64,000 nt of DNA from Spirochaetia bacterium (GTDB lineage Bacteria > Spirochaetota > Spirochaetia > DSM-16054 > Sediminispirochaetaceae), in assembly GCA_034520965.1 (NCBI GenBank), contig JAXHMY010000003.1, positions 192,001 to 256,000 of the forward strand, written 5' to 3'. Numbering within the stretch: position 1 is the first letter of the stretch; every line of letters begins with the position of its first letter. The position numbers and the translations under genes were made by a program. This document shows positions 10,262-19,887 of the stretch, piece after piece. The notes under the pieces were generated by a model. That model was not told the DNA's origin and ran no database searches. It saw only the letters and a list, made by a program, of their open reading frames with translations.

Positions 10262-11926
10262 TTATTCAAATACCGCTCCGGTATGGGCGGAGGTAACCAA
10301 TTTACGGTAGCGCGCCAAATAGCTGCGCGGATCCACTTCGCTGGGATTTGGCTTCCAGCCCTCCCGCCGTTTGGCTATTTCCTGTTCATCCACCTGCAGC
10401 TCGAGGCGGCGATTGCTAATGTCCACAGTTATAGTGTCCCCCTCCTTCACCAGGCCGATCAAACCGCCGGCCAGTGCTTCCGGTGATACATGTCCTATGC
10501 AGGGACCACGGGTACCGCCGGAAAATCGCCCGTCGGTTATCAGAGCCACCGATTTTGAGAGCCCCATTCCGGCAATAGCCGAGGTAGGACTGAGCATCTC
10601 CCGCATTCCCGGGCCGCCCTTCGGCCCCTCGTACCGAATGACCACTACATCCCCGGAAGTTATCTGCCCTTCGACGATTGCGGTATAAGCGGTTTCCTCC
10701 GATTCGAACACCCGGGCCGGTCCTTCATGCTGCATCATCTCCGGTTCCACGGCCGACTGCTTTACCACACATCCCTCGGGAGCAAGGTTTCCGTACAGAA
10801 CCGCGATGCCCCCCTCTTTCATATAGGGTTCATCGGCTTTCCGAATAACCTTGGGATTCAAAATGGTCGATTTCTCTATATTTTCGCCCAAAGTTTTACC
10901 GGTTACAGTCATCGGACTGCCGTCGATCAACCCGTGCTTCAGAAGCTCATTCATGACCGCCGAAAGCCCCCCGGCATCATCCAGGTCCTGCATACTGTGA
11001 ACCCCGGCTGGGCTGATCTTGGTGATATTCGGCACTTTGCGGCTAATTTTATCAAAAGTCTTCAGGCTGATATCCACATGCGCTTCGCGGGCGATCGCCA
11101 GAAGATGCAAGGCCGTATTGGTTGATCCTCCGATTGCCATGTCCAGGGCAATCGCATTTTCAAAGGCGGTTGTGTTCATGATATCTCGGGCGGATATCTC
11201 CCGACGGATTAATTCCATAACCTGATGCCCTGCTCGACGGGCCAACTGCTTCCTCCGTCCGAAGGGGGCCGGAATAGTACCATTTCCCGGCAAAGCGATA
11301 CCAAGAGATTCAGCTAGACTATTGAGGGTATTCGCAGTAAAAAGACCGGCACAGCTTCCACAGCTCGGACAAGCCCGTATAGCAACTTGTTCAAGCTCGT
11401 CCTCGTCTATCTCTCCCGCCACAAATTTACCCACTGATTCAAAGGAACCACTAATAAGGTCGATGTTCTCTCCCTGGTAAGTACCGCTCAACATGGGGCC
11501 GCCGCTTACATACACCGCCGGCAAATTCATCCTGGCGGCACCCATCAGCATACCGGGAACTATTTTATCGCAGTTTCCAACCAGGACCAGTCCGTCGAAC
11601 TTCTGTCCGGTGGCAACCGACTCGATCGAATCGGCGATCAATTCTCGGGTAGCTAAGGGGTATCGCATTCCGCTGTGGTTCATTGCAATACCGTCACAAA
11701 TTCCAATGGAAGGGAATTCCATGGGAGTTCCTCCAGCTGCGGCTACTCCCAGTTTTACCGCCTGGACAATCTCATTCAGATGAAAATGTCCGGGAATAAT
11801 TTCATTATGTGCATTCACTATACCAATAAGAGGCTTTTGCAAATCCTCCGGCAGGTAACCCATCGCATACATCAGCGAACGGTGCGGTGCACGGTTCGGT
11901 CCTTTTGTTACTTCATCACTGCGCAT
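10262..11926 (-). CDS. ilvD: Dihydroxy-acid dehydratase
   Basis: CDGIAM, NCDKIVPG, GSCAGLFTAN, GPKGGPGM, TDGRFSGG; start set at MRSDEV (SD GAGGAGG) rather than 12088. Confidence 0.95.
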   Translation of the reverse strand: MRSDEVTKGPNRAPHRSLMYAMGYLPEDLQKPLIGIVNAHNEIIPGHFHLNEIVQAVKLGVAAAGGTPMEFPSIGICDGIAMNHSGMRYPLATRELIADSIESVATGQKFDGLVLVGNCDKIVPGMLMGAARMNLPAVYVSGGPMLSGTYQGENIDLISGSFESVGKFVAGEIDEDELEQVAIRACPSCGSCAGLFTANTLNSLAESLGIALPGNGTIPAPFGRRKQLARRAGHQVMELIRREISARDIMNTTAFENAIALDMAIGGSTNTALHLLAIAREAHVDISLKTFDKISRKVPNITKISPAGVHSMQDLDDAGGLSAVMNELLKHGLIDGSPMTVTGKTLGENIEKSTILNPKVIRKADEPYMKEGGIAVLYGNLAPEGCVVKQSAVEPEMMQHEGPARVFESEETAYTAIVEGQITSGDVVVIRYEGPKGGPGMREMLSPTSAIAGMGLSKSVALITDGRFSGGTRGPCIGHVSPEALAGGLIGLVKEGDTITVDISNRRLELQVDEQEIAKRREGWKPNPSEVDPRSYLARYRKLVTSAHTGAVFE

Positions 11927-12057
11927 ACACGCCTCCTCTCTTATATCTTTCCACACCAAATGAAAGGATACAAGTAGTCCCGCAGGAAAAATAGAAAAAT
12001 ATAATACTATGTCGTGCAATAATTGAGATGGACCCCAGAAAATGATATAAAGGCAGC

Positions 12058-12834
12058 ATGAAACTAAAACAGATACCTGGAAATACAAAAGTAACTTCTA
12101 TTGGAATGCCCTTCTATTACGAAGGCAGCAGCAACAAGGCTGTGTTGGTACTGCACGGATTCACCGGGGTTTCCTATGAGATGCAGTACCTTGCGGAGCG
12201 GCTCAATGAGGCCGGTTTTACTGTAGCCGTGCCCCGTCTCCCCGGCCATGGGACCACGGGAAAGGATTTTATGCTCACCGACCGCCGCGACTGGATGCGC
12301 CGAGCGGTGGATGCCTACCTGGAACTGCAGAGCCGGTATGAAAAAGTGTATGTTGCAGGACTTTCGATGGGCGGACTTCTCACTCTGCTTATAGCAGCCC
12401 AGTTTCCGGTTGAACGGATTGCCCTGGCAGCACCGGCACTGATAAACAACAATAAGCTTATCTACCTCTCGCCAATTCTCCGTTTTTTTATGCGGAAGGC
12501 TTATATTGGCCATGAGGAGGATTCCGAAGATCCGGAATATCAATACCTCTCCGATGAATACTGGAGTTATCGCTATGGAAACCAGGTGTATCACCTGTTC
12601 CGCCTGCAGCTTGCCGCCAGGCGCGCACTTTCAAAAGTGCAGGTTCCCACACTTACCCTGGTTTCGCACAACGACCATACGGTTCCTGTACGGGTTGCAG
12701 AGCTCATTGAGAAGCGAATTGCCTCGCCCATCACTAAGCGGGTCGAGCTGGCCACAAGTTCGCATATTATTGTAAATGATACAGAAAAAGAGAGGGCCGC
12801 CGACGAAATCGTGGCGTGGTTTTCTGGGGAATAA
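12058..12834 (+). CDS. Alpha/beta-hydrolase carboxylesterase (Est/YvaK-like)
   Basis: LHGFTG oxyanion motif, GLSMGG nucleophile elbow, D and H triad residues. Confidence 0.85.
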   Translation: MKLKQIPGNTKVTSIGMPFYYEGSSNKAVLVLHGFTGVSYEMQYLAERLNEAGFTVAVPRLPGHGTTGKDFMLTDRRDWMRRAVDAYLELQSRYEKVYVAGLSMGGLLTLLIAAQFPVERIALAAPALINNNKLIYLSPILRFFMRKAYIGHEEDSEDPEYQYLSDEYWSYRYGNQVYHLFRLQLAARRALSKVQVPTLTLVSHNDHTVPVRVAELIEKRIASPITKRVELATSSHIIVNDTEKERAADEIVAWFSGE

Positions 12835-12854
12835 CTGCTGTCGGGAACCCAGAC

Positions 12855-13163
12855 CTATTTTGGAACCCGGGTTTTATAAAGCTCAATCATCTTGCGAAAT
12901 GCGGAATCGCTTTTCTTCAGCTCTTTTGAACCGCGGGTGATCTTGCACAGACTCAAGCCTAAATTTTTAGCAATTTTTCTTTGACTCATCCCGTCTTCCA
13001 GCAAACGAACCAGCGCCCAGCGTTTCCCCATTTCCCGTACTTCAGCATCTGTAAAGAGGGCCGATAAAAAGCTGTCTATCATATCCGGATCATCACAAAG
13101 GGCTAATACTGCCGCTAACTCTCGGAGGGGATGATCCTCGTTCCAATGTAATCTGTTTTCCAT
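12855..13163 (-). CDS. trpR: TrpR/YerC-family repressor
   Basis: MSQRKIAKNLGLSLCKITRGSKELK HTH resembles TrpR; start set at MENRL from the promoter position. Confidence 0.7.
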   Translation of the reverse strand: MENRLHWNEDHPLRELAAVLALCDDPDMIDSFLSALFTDAEVREMGKRWALVRLLEDGMSQRKIAKNLGLSLCKITRGSKELKKSDSAFRKMIELYKTRVPK

Positions 13164-13170
13164 AAACTCG

Positions 13171-13198
13171 ATCATACCAGCTTAGCGCGCCCTGTCAA
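13171..13198 (-). promoter_or_regulatory. Sigma70 promoter, leaderless-type, for trpR
   Basis: TTGACA-16-TATGAT, then 7 nt to ATG, no SD. Confidence 0.65.
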
Positions 13199-13218
13199 GC
13201 GCTTACTCAAGCTGCCCC

Positions 13219-14376
13219 TCAAGTGCCCAACAGAAAGCGGTCGAACTGGTGCTCCATCTTTTTAGGTATCATGATCTCCGATGCACACTCCATGGCGTAG
13301 TCATCGGTCATCCCCGCTAAATAGTCAAAGGGCATATTTGTAAAGCCCCCATCAACTTCCTCGTAGAATGCTCGCATTTTTACCACATAATCGGCGTAAC
13401 GAACGGCAATCAAATTCTGCTCCTTCTGATAGCTCTTGATATCAAAGCCGTACAGCTGGAAAATCTCCTGCAAATAGGTATAAAGCGTCTGCAGTATTCG
13501 TTCAAAATAGCGATGATAATTAGATAATATGGGATTCAGATATATGCTGTGGTAATTAAACTCTTTAAGCACCTTCATCGCATGAAAAATAGTATCACTA
13601 AAACTAATCCCTTCTCCTGCCTGGGAGGATTCGATTACATCATCAACTAACGTACTGATTATCTCGCTGTTTGAGCCCCCCAACACTCGAACTACCTCAT
13701 CCGGAATCTGCTGCTTTTCAATTATCTTTAACTGCACTGCATCTTCAACATCTCGACCCAGATAAGCAATTTTATCGGCCATCCGCACTACCACGGCTTC
13801 CCAGGTGGAGGGGTACTGATCGCGGGCAACGATAGCCTGCAGGTCTTTCTTCTGAAAATCCGGCTTAATGGACTGTTCAAACTTTTCCCCGCAATGGTTC
13901 ACTATTCCATCTCTGACAGCATAAGTAAGGTTCATCCCTTTTCCATAGTTGGCCAGATAGTCTACCACTCGCAATGAATAAAGCTCGTGGATAAACCCGC
14001 CGCTCCCGCTCTTCAGCTCGTTCATGACCGTCTCGCCAACGTGTCCAAAGGGAGTATGTCCAAGATCATGCCCCAAGCCAATCGCCCAGGCTAGATCGGA
14101 ATCAAGTTCCAAGCCGCGGCAAATCGCCGCGGCAACCGACGCTACATGCATTACGTGCTCAATTCGAGTACAGATATGATCATTCTTAGGGGAGAAAAAA
14201 ACCTGAGTTTTATGTTTTAGACGTCGAAAAGGGTAAGAGTGGATTATTGCGGTGGTATCACGAAAATAGTGGCCCCGTTCATCCTCTTTACGCGGATGCA
14301 CACGCTGCCATAGCTCCTCCATGGGCAGTTGATTTTGAAATTTTTTCACAGGCTCCTCCTGTTCCCATTCTCGCAT
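13219..14376 (-). CDS. HD-domain dGTP triphosphohydrolase-like protein
   Basis: FRRLKHKTQVF, TRIEH, GHDLGHTPFGH, DYLAGMTD. Confidence 0.9.
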   Translation of the reverse strand: MREWEQEEPVKKFQNQLPMEELWQRVHPRKEDERGHYFRDTTAIIHSYPFRRLKHKTQVFFSPKNDHICTRIEHVMHVASVAAAICRGLELDSDLAWAIGLGHDLGHTPFGHVGETVMNELKSGSGGFIHELYSLRVVDYLANYGKGMNLTYAVRDGIVNHCGEKFEQSIKPDFQKKDLQAIVARDQYPSTWEAVVVRMADKIAYLGRDVEDAVQLKIIEKQQIPDEVVRVLGGSNSEIISTLVDDVIESSQAGEGISFSDTIFHAMKVLKEFNYHSIYLNPILSNYHRYFERILQTLYTYLQEIFQLYGFDIKSYQKEQNLIAVRYADYVVKMRAFYEEVDGGFTNMPFDYLAGMTDDYAMECASEIMIPKKMEHQFDRFLLGT

Positions 14377-14445
14377 AGCTTCAGCCCCTTCTCAACAGCT
14401 AGTATGTTATTTCTATATTGTATTAATTGCGGCTGATTGTATTTG

Positions 14446-14587
14446 CAGGAATTCTCATTTTGGAAGTCATAAGACTTCCAAAATGAGAATTCCCACAACA
14501 TCTTTAAGATAAACTACTTATCTTACACAAAAGGTAAGCATTCGCAATTTGAAAATTTTCCAAAAATTTTCAAATTGCGAATTGCTG
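14446..14587 (-). mobile_element. MITE copy 2 (142 bp), inverted relative to copy 1
   Basis: Ends CAGGAATTC...GAATTGCTG; flanked by TTGTATTTG at 14437-14445 and 14588-14596; perfect 21-bp and 20-bp internal inverted repeats. Confidence 0.9.
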
Positions 14588-14661
14588 TTGTATTTGATTT
14601 TTATATTTAAACACACTATAGTTCTGAATAGATCAATTTATCTAAAGGTGAAAGCAGCAGT

Positions 14662-16734
14662 ATGCGAAATGAAAAAATTCTCATTGTTGAAGACGAACGC
14701 ATTATTGCCCTTGATCTCAAAAAGCGGCTTGAGCGGTTTGGTTTCAGCTCTCCCGAGATTGTTTCGAATGGGGAAGATGCCCTGGAAGCGGCAGAATCCA
14801 TGCATCCGGATATTATCCTTATGGATATTATGCTTGGGGGCACGATAGATGGAATAGATGCTGCCAAAAGTATAAAAGAAACACTCAGTATCCCGGTGAT
14901 TTTTCTTACTGCCTACTCCAATGAAAATACCCTCGACCGGGCAAAAGAGGCCGAACCCTATGGCTATATTCTTAAACCTTTTAAGGAACGAGAGCTGTAT
15001 ACAACCATTGATATTGCTCTCTACAAATTTAAGGTTAACCTTCAGCTCAAACAGCAGGAGCGCTGGCTTTCGGCGGTCCTGCATAGCGTTGAGGACGGGA
15101 TCATTGCCACCGGCCGCGATGGACGTATTCAGTTCATGAACAGAGTTGCTGAGACCATCACAGGCTGGGACGAGACTCAAGCCGAAAATCTTGGGCTTGA
15201 AGAAGTTTTTCCCCTTACCTACGGTCAAGACAGACGCCCTATGGTATTTCCAGAGATCAAAACTGCCAAAAATGAAAACTACCCCTATATGTTTAAAGAT
15301 TGTGTTCTTGAAAATAAGCAGAGCGCCCGCATCAATGTAGAAGGCTCACTGGCGGTCATAAAAGACCGTAACGGCAATACCGATGGACAAGTACTTGCCT
15401 TTCGCGATACCACCGAGATGCAGCGTCTCAGTGATACGGTTTCCTACCAGGCAAGTCACGATTCTTTAACAGGACTGGCCAACCGCGAGGAGTTCTCCGC
15501 CCGTGTAGAATTTGTCTTAAACAACGCCAAACAAGCCGATACCGAGCACGCTTTTATCTACCTTGATATTGACCAGTTTCGAGTAATAAATGATATCTGC
15601 GGCCACACTGCCGGTGATGAACTGCTCTTAAAGACCACCCGCATTATCCGCTCAATCGTACGCAGCAGTGACTTCTCAGCTCGGCTGGGCGCTGATGAGT
15701 TCGGCATTCTACTTGAAAATGCTCACATTGAGCAGGCAATGGAAATCGCCAAACGACTTCAATCACGTCTGTTGGAAGATCGTCTTGTCTGGGATAAACA
15801 TGTATTCAACATCAACACCAGTATTGGTATCGTACCTATCGATAAAACCAGTGAATCCGTTCACACGGTATTTGCCGCCGCCGACGATGCCTGCTATGTT
15901 GCCAAGGACGACGGCGGAAACAAAATAAAAATCTACAGTAACGAGGAAAACCGCTTCGTTCAACGCCGTGGCGAGATGCAGTGGATTTCCCGCTTAACCA
16001 AAGCCCTGGAAGAGGACCGCTTCGTTTTGTACCATCAGCCGATAATTGCCCTGGATGGGAGCGAGCAAAAAGTTTTCAAAAGCGAAATTCTTATTAGAAT
16101 GATAGATATCGAGGGTAATATTATTTCCCCGGCCTATTTTATTCCCTCCGCAGAACGCTACAACCTGATGCCTGCCATTGACCGCTGGGTAATCCAAACC
16201 GCCTTTCGAAACTATAAACTCCTGTCGGATAAACACGGCCATGATAAGAATCCATACTCATTTACCATAAATCTGTCGGCTGCTTTTTTGGCCGATGAAA
16301 CATCCCTTGACTTTTTGCGTTATGAATTCCAGGAATACAGCGTACCACCGGCGGCATTCTGTTTTGAAATTACCGAAACCGCCGCTATTACCAATATGGA
16401 CACCGCCACTCACTTTATCCGCGAGATGAAAAAAACCGGCTGTACCTTTGCCCTGGATGATTTCGGTAGCGGTTTTTCCTCTTTTAACTATTTACGACTG
16501 CTGCCGGTTGATTATCTAAAGATCGATGGAATCTTTGTAAAAAACATGCACGAGGACAGCATTAGCCATGCAATGGTGGAGGCTATAAACAGCCTTGGAC
16601 ATTTTATCGGTATTAAAACAATCGCCGAGTTCGTGGCCAACGATCAAATTATTAAGAAGCTGAAAAAAATCGGGGTGGACTTCGGCCAGGGCTATGAACT
16701 TGGCCGCCCCTCTCCTCTGACGGAGCTGTTATAG
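14662..16734 (+). CDS. REC-PAS-GGDEF-EAL c-di-GMP signalling protein
   Basis: Receiver (IVEDE, ILMDI, FLTAY, KP), PAS, HDSLTGLANR, variant GADEF, EIL, DDFGSG, LKIDG. Confidence 0.9.
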   Translation: MRNEKILIVEDERIIALDLKKRLERFGFSSPEIVSNGEDALEAAESMHPDIILMDIMLGGTIDGIDAAKSIKETLSIPVIFLTAYSNENTLDRAKEAEPYGYILKPFKERELYTTIDIALYKFKVNLQLKQQERWLSAVLHSVEDGIIATGRDGRIQFMNRVAETITGWDETQAENLGLEEVFPLTYGQDRRPMVFPEIKTAKNENYPYMFKDCVLENKQSARINVEGSLAVIKDRNGNTDGQVLAFRDTTEMQRLSDTVSYQASHDSLTGLANREEFSARVEFVLNNAKQADTEHAFIYLDIDQFRVINDICGHTAGDELLLKTTRIIRSIVRSSDFSARLGADEFGILLENAHIEQAMEIAKRLQSRLLEDRLVWDKHVFNINTSIGIVPIDKTSESVHTVFAAADDACYVAKDDGGNKIKIYSNEENRFVQRRGEMQWISRLTKALEEDRFVLYHQPIIALDGSEQKVFKSEILIRMIDIEGNIISPAYFIPSAERYNLMPAIDRWVIQTAFRNYKLLSDKHGHDKNPYSFTINLSAAFLADETSLDFLRYEFQEYSVPPAAFCFEITETAAITNMDTATHFIREMKKTGCTFALDDFGSGFSSFNYLRLLPVDYLKIDGIFVKNMHEDSISHAMVEAINSLGHFIGIKTIAEFVANDQIIKKLKKIGVDFGQGYELGRPSPLTELL

Positions 16735-16756
16735 CATCCTACCGACCGCCGCCATT

Positions 16757-18136
16757 CTACTTACCGCACATTTTCTCCGGATCTAAAATTTCATCCGCCT
16801 CAGCCGGGCTCAGTACCCCCTCGTCCAATACCACCTGTCGCACAGTTTTCCCCTCATAAAAAGCTTTATGGGCCAGGGCTGCAGCGGCATCGTAGCCGAT
16901 ACGAACCGCTAAAGGGGTAATCAAAGCTAAACTCTTCTCAATCGCCTCTGCGGTATGCGTAGTCGGCACTTTCACGCCCCGCACACATTCGGTCTCGAAC
17001 CTTCCTGCAACTCGGCTAAGCAGTTCAAGACTGGTCAGGACTTCATGGCTTATCAGGGGCTGCATAATATTCAGCTGCAGCGGCGCATTCTGAGCAGCAA
17101 TACTTACACTGGTTTGCTTCCCCATCACAAAAGCCGCTGCCTGAATTACCATTTCAGGGATAACCGGATTTACCTTTCCCGGCATAATCGAGCTGCCCGG
17201 CTGGAGCTCCGGAAGCTCAAGTTCGGCCAAGCCTGCTCGCGGCCCGCTCGATAAGAGCCTAAAGTCCTGGGCAATTTTCATCAGCACTACCGCCGTTCCA
17301 TTAAGGGCCCCCATGAGGGACAGCTGCTCATCCCGGGCCGATATCTGTACAAAGGGGTTTGTAGAACATCTGAAGGGAATAGAGCTGTGCGCTGCTATAC
17401 CTTCGGCAACCTGGGAGGCCCAGTCGGCGGAGCTGTTCAAACCGGTTCCAACTGCGGTCCCCCCCAGGGGCAGCTCTTCCAGCGCCGGCAGCTGCTGGGT
17501 AATCCGTTCCGCACTCCGCCGTATCTGCTCGGCCCAGGCGCCGAACTCCTGGCTCACCCGCATCGGCACGGCGTCCTGCAGGTGGGTTCGTCCCAGCTTA
17601 AGGCTGCCGGAGTACTCGATTCCCTTCTGTTCAATCGCCACAGCCAGGGACTTGAGGCTTGCACAGAGTGTACCGGCGGTTATTCGCGCAGCTATATTGC
17701 CGGCAGCGGGAATTACGTCGTTAGAGGATTGACCGCGATTCACATGGTCGTTGGGATGAATCGTCTCCCTGCCCTGCAGAAATTCCTTCCCCCGATATGC
17801 CAAGACCTCGTTCATATTCATATTCCAGCTGGTACCCGAACCGGTTTGAAACACATCAAGGGGAAAGTGGGCATCCAGCTTTCCCGTCATTACCTCATTC
17901 GCGGCGGACTGGATAGCCGAGGCCACCTCCTCACTTAAACTTCCTGAGCGCTGATGAGCCCCGGCGGCAGCCAGTTTTATCAGGGCAAGTGCATTCCGCA
18001 TTTCAGGATGAATTTTATAGGGAGATACACTAAAGTTCTGCAGGGCCCGCTGGGTATGGGCCCCCCATTTAGCCCATTCCGGAACCTGTATCGAACCCAT
18101 GGAATCATATTCTACTCTGTATGGACTCTCTTTCAT
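16757..18136 (-). CDS. fumC: Class II fumarate hydratase (fumarase/aspartase family)
   Basis: QTGSGT, HPNDHVN.GQSSND, GRTHLQDA, GSSIMPGKVNP. Confidence 0.85.
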   Translation of the reverse strand: MKESPYRVEYDSMGSIQVPEWAKWGAHTQRALQNFSVSPYKIHPEMRNALALIKLAAAGAHQRSGSLSEEVASAIQSAANEVMTGKLDAHFPLDVFQTGSGTSWNMNMNEVLAYRGKEFLQGRETIHPNDHVNRGQSSNDVIPAAGNIAARITAGTLCASLKSLAVAIEQKGIEYSGSLKLGRTHLQDAVPMRVSQEFGAWAEQIRRSAERITQQLPALEELPLGGTAVGTGLNSSADWASQVAEGIAAHSSIPFRCSTNPFVQISARDEQLSLMGALNGTAVVLMKIAQDFRLLSSGPRAGLAELELPELQPGSSIMPGKVNPVIPEMVIQAAAFVMGKQTSVSIAAQNAPLQLNIMQPLISHEVLTSLELLSRVAGRFETECVRGVKVPTTHTAEAIEKSLALITPLAVRIGYDAAAALAHKAFYEGKTVRQVVLDEGVLSPAEADEILDPEKMCGK

Positions 18137-18172
18137 CTCAACCTCCCGGGGTAATTTGTTCTACAGGGCAGC

Positions 18173-18201
18173 TTGACAGAGCTGACGGTTCTTACTACTG
18201 T
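18173..18201 (+). promoter_or_regulatory. Sigma70 promoter for aroK-aroC
   Basis: TTGACA-17-TACTGT, 12 nt before ATG 18214. Confidence 0.6.
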
Positions 18202-18213
18202 CTGTACACAAGT

Positions 18214-18780
18214 ATGGATAGCAAAGCCCTCACTCCGCAACATCTATTTCTTACCGGTCTAAAACACTGCGGGAAGACCACTCTAGGAAGCATGCTTGCG
18301 GCCCGCTGCGGCCGGTTATTTTTTGACCTTGATGAGCTTCTTTTACAAGAAGCCCGGCCCGAGGGCTACAGCTCGGTCCGCGAGATCTATCGTACCGCGG
18401 GGCGTAAAAAGTTCCAAGAGTATGAGGCCCGGGCGGCCGAAAAAGCGTGCGTTCAAAATTCAACGCCGGAGGTCATTCTCTCTCTCGGTGGAGGAACCAT
18501 CGAAAACCCCGCCGCTCTGGAGACACTGAAACCTGCCGGAAGTTTTATCTACCTCCACGTCGAGGAAGAGGTACTGTTCGAACGAATACAACGTGGCGGC
18601 CTACCCCCTTTCCTGATTGGAGATCAACCGCCGCAAGAAATGTTTCATGAGCTGTGGGTGCGTAGACATCAGTTATACCTGAGTTATGCTGATCTGGTAC
18701 TCACCCTTCCCAACCAGGCAGTTGAGGATAATTTTAAGCTGCTGTACACTCAATTAAAGGAACACAATTATGTCGGGTAG
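18214..18780 (+). CDS. aroK: Shikimate kinase
   Basis: GLKHCGKTT P-loop, DLD, LGGGT; start set at MDSKAL. Confidence 0.9.
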   Translation: MDSKALTPQHLFLTGLKHCGKTTLGSMLAARCGRLFFDLDELLLQEARPEGYSSVREIYRTAGRKKFQEYEARAAEKACVQNSTPEVILSLGGGTIENPAALETLKPAGSFIYLHVEEEVLFERIQRGGLPPFLIGDQPPQEMFHELWVRRHQLYLSYADLVLTLPNQAVEDNFKLLYTQLKEHNYVG

Positions 18781-19825
18781 CACATTCGGTACGCATTTTA
18801 AGATAACCACCTTCGGAGAGTCCCACGGAGCGGGGGTGGGAGTAGTTGTAGACGGAGTTACTCCCCAAATCGAGATAAGCGAGAAGGAAGTACAAAAGGA
18901 ACTGGACCGCCGTAAACCGGGACAATCCCATATTACTACCTCCCGCCGTGAGAGCGACACAATCCACTTTCTCTCGGGAGTATTCGAGGGGAAGACAACC
19001 GGCACTCCCCTCGCCATGGTACTCTACAATCAGGACCATGACAGCAGCGCCTACGACCATATTAAACATGCGTATCGTCCCGGCCATGCCGATTTTACCT
19101 ACCAGGCAAAGTACGGTATCCGCGACTACCGCGGCAGCGGCCGTGCCTCCGGCCGGGAAACCGCCGGACGGGTAGCCGCCGGAGCAGTAGCTAAAAAGAT
19201 CCTGGCAAGCCGTGGTATCAGCATTATCGCTTATACTCTCAAGGCCGCCGGAATCGAGTGCAGCCTGCGGGATATCGACCAAATCGAGCAAAACCCTATG
19301 CGTGCCTGTGACCCTCACGCAGCGGCTCAGATGGTAAAACGTATCGAAGAGTTGAAAGAGACGGGTGACAGTGCCGGAGGGGTGGTTGAATGTAGTATTA
19401 CCGGTCTTCCAAAGGGTATTGGAGAGCCGGTGTTCGACAAATTTGAGGCGGAGATCGGCAAGGGGATACTTTCAGTTGGAGCAGTCCGTGGAATTGAGTT
19501 CGGCAGTGGTTTTGCCGCCGCCGATATGCTGGGAAGCACCCACAACGACCCCCTTACTCCCCAGGGCTTTGCCAGCAATTTTGCCGGGGGCACCCTTGGA
19601 GGTATTACCACAGGGGAAGCGTTCATTTTTCGGGCAGCAGTAAAACCGACCGCTTCCATCAGCTCTGAACAGCAATCGATCAACGAGAATGGAGAGGCGA
19701 TTACCATAAAAACTGAAGGAAGACACGACCCATGTATTTGTCCGCGAATTGTACCGGTAATAGAGGCGATGAGTGCAATTGTAATTGTAGACATGCTCAA
19801 GCGGCAGGCGGCAATGTGGGCTTAA
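18770..19825 (+). CDS. aroC: Chorismate synthase
   Basis: TTFGESHG, RPGHAD, GRASGRET, GRHDPC. Confidence 0.97.
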   Translation: MSGSTFGTHFKITTFGESHGAGVGVVVDGVTPQIEISEKEVQKELDRRKPGQSHITTSRRESDTIHFLSGVFEGKTTGTPLAMVLYNQDHDSSAYDHIKHAYRPGHADFTYQAKYGIRDYRGSGRASGRETAGRVAAGAVAKKILASRGISIIAYTLKAAGIECSLRDIDQIEQNPMRACDPHAAAQMVKRIEELKETGDSAGGVVECSITGLPKGIGEPVFDKFEAEIGKGILSVGAVRGIEFGSGFAAADMLGSTHNDPLTPQGFASNFAGGTLGGITTGEAFIFRAAVKPTASISSEQQSINENGEAITIKTEGRHDPCICPRIVPVIEAMSAIVIVDMLKRQAAMWA

Positions 19826-19828
19826 GGT

Positions 19829-19857
19829 TTGACCTGTACCACTATATGAATTATGCT
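19829..19857 (+). promoter_or_regulatory. Sigma70 promoter for the nitrilase-family gene
   Basis: TTGACC-17-TATGCT, SD AGGAG before ATG 19888. Confidence 0.55.
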
Positions 19858-19887
19858 TAAAACTGCAATGCTCAAAAGGAGACATCT

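Noticed and set aside
11927..12057. T-box or attenuator upstream of ilvD (and metG)
   Set aside because: No T-box consensus, leader peptide or terminator seen; metG appears leaderless.
13219..14376. dGTPase as an anti-phage defence gene
   Set aside because: Housekeeping-type context with no defence-island neighbours.
6068..14587. Composite transposon bounded by the two inverted MITEs carrying dnaE2-ilvD-trpR-dGTPase
   Set aside because: Each copy has its own TSD and the outer flanks differ (GTTTCGCAT vs TTGTATTTG), so they inserted independently.
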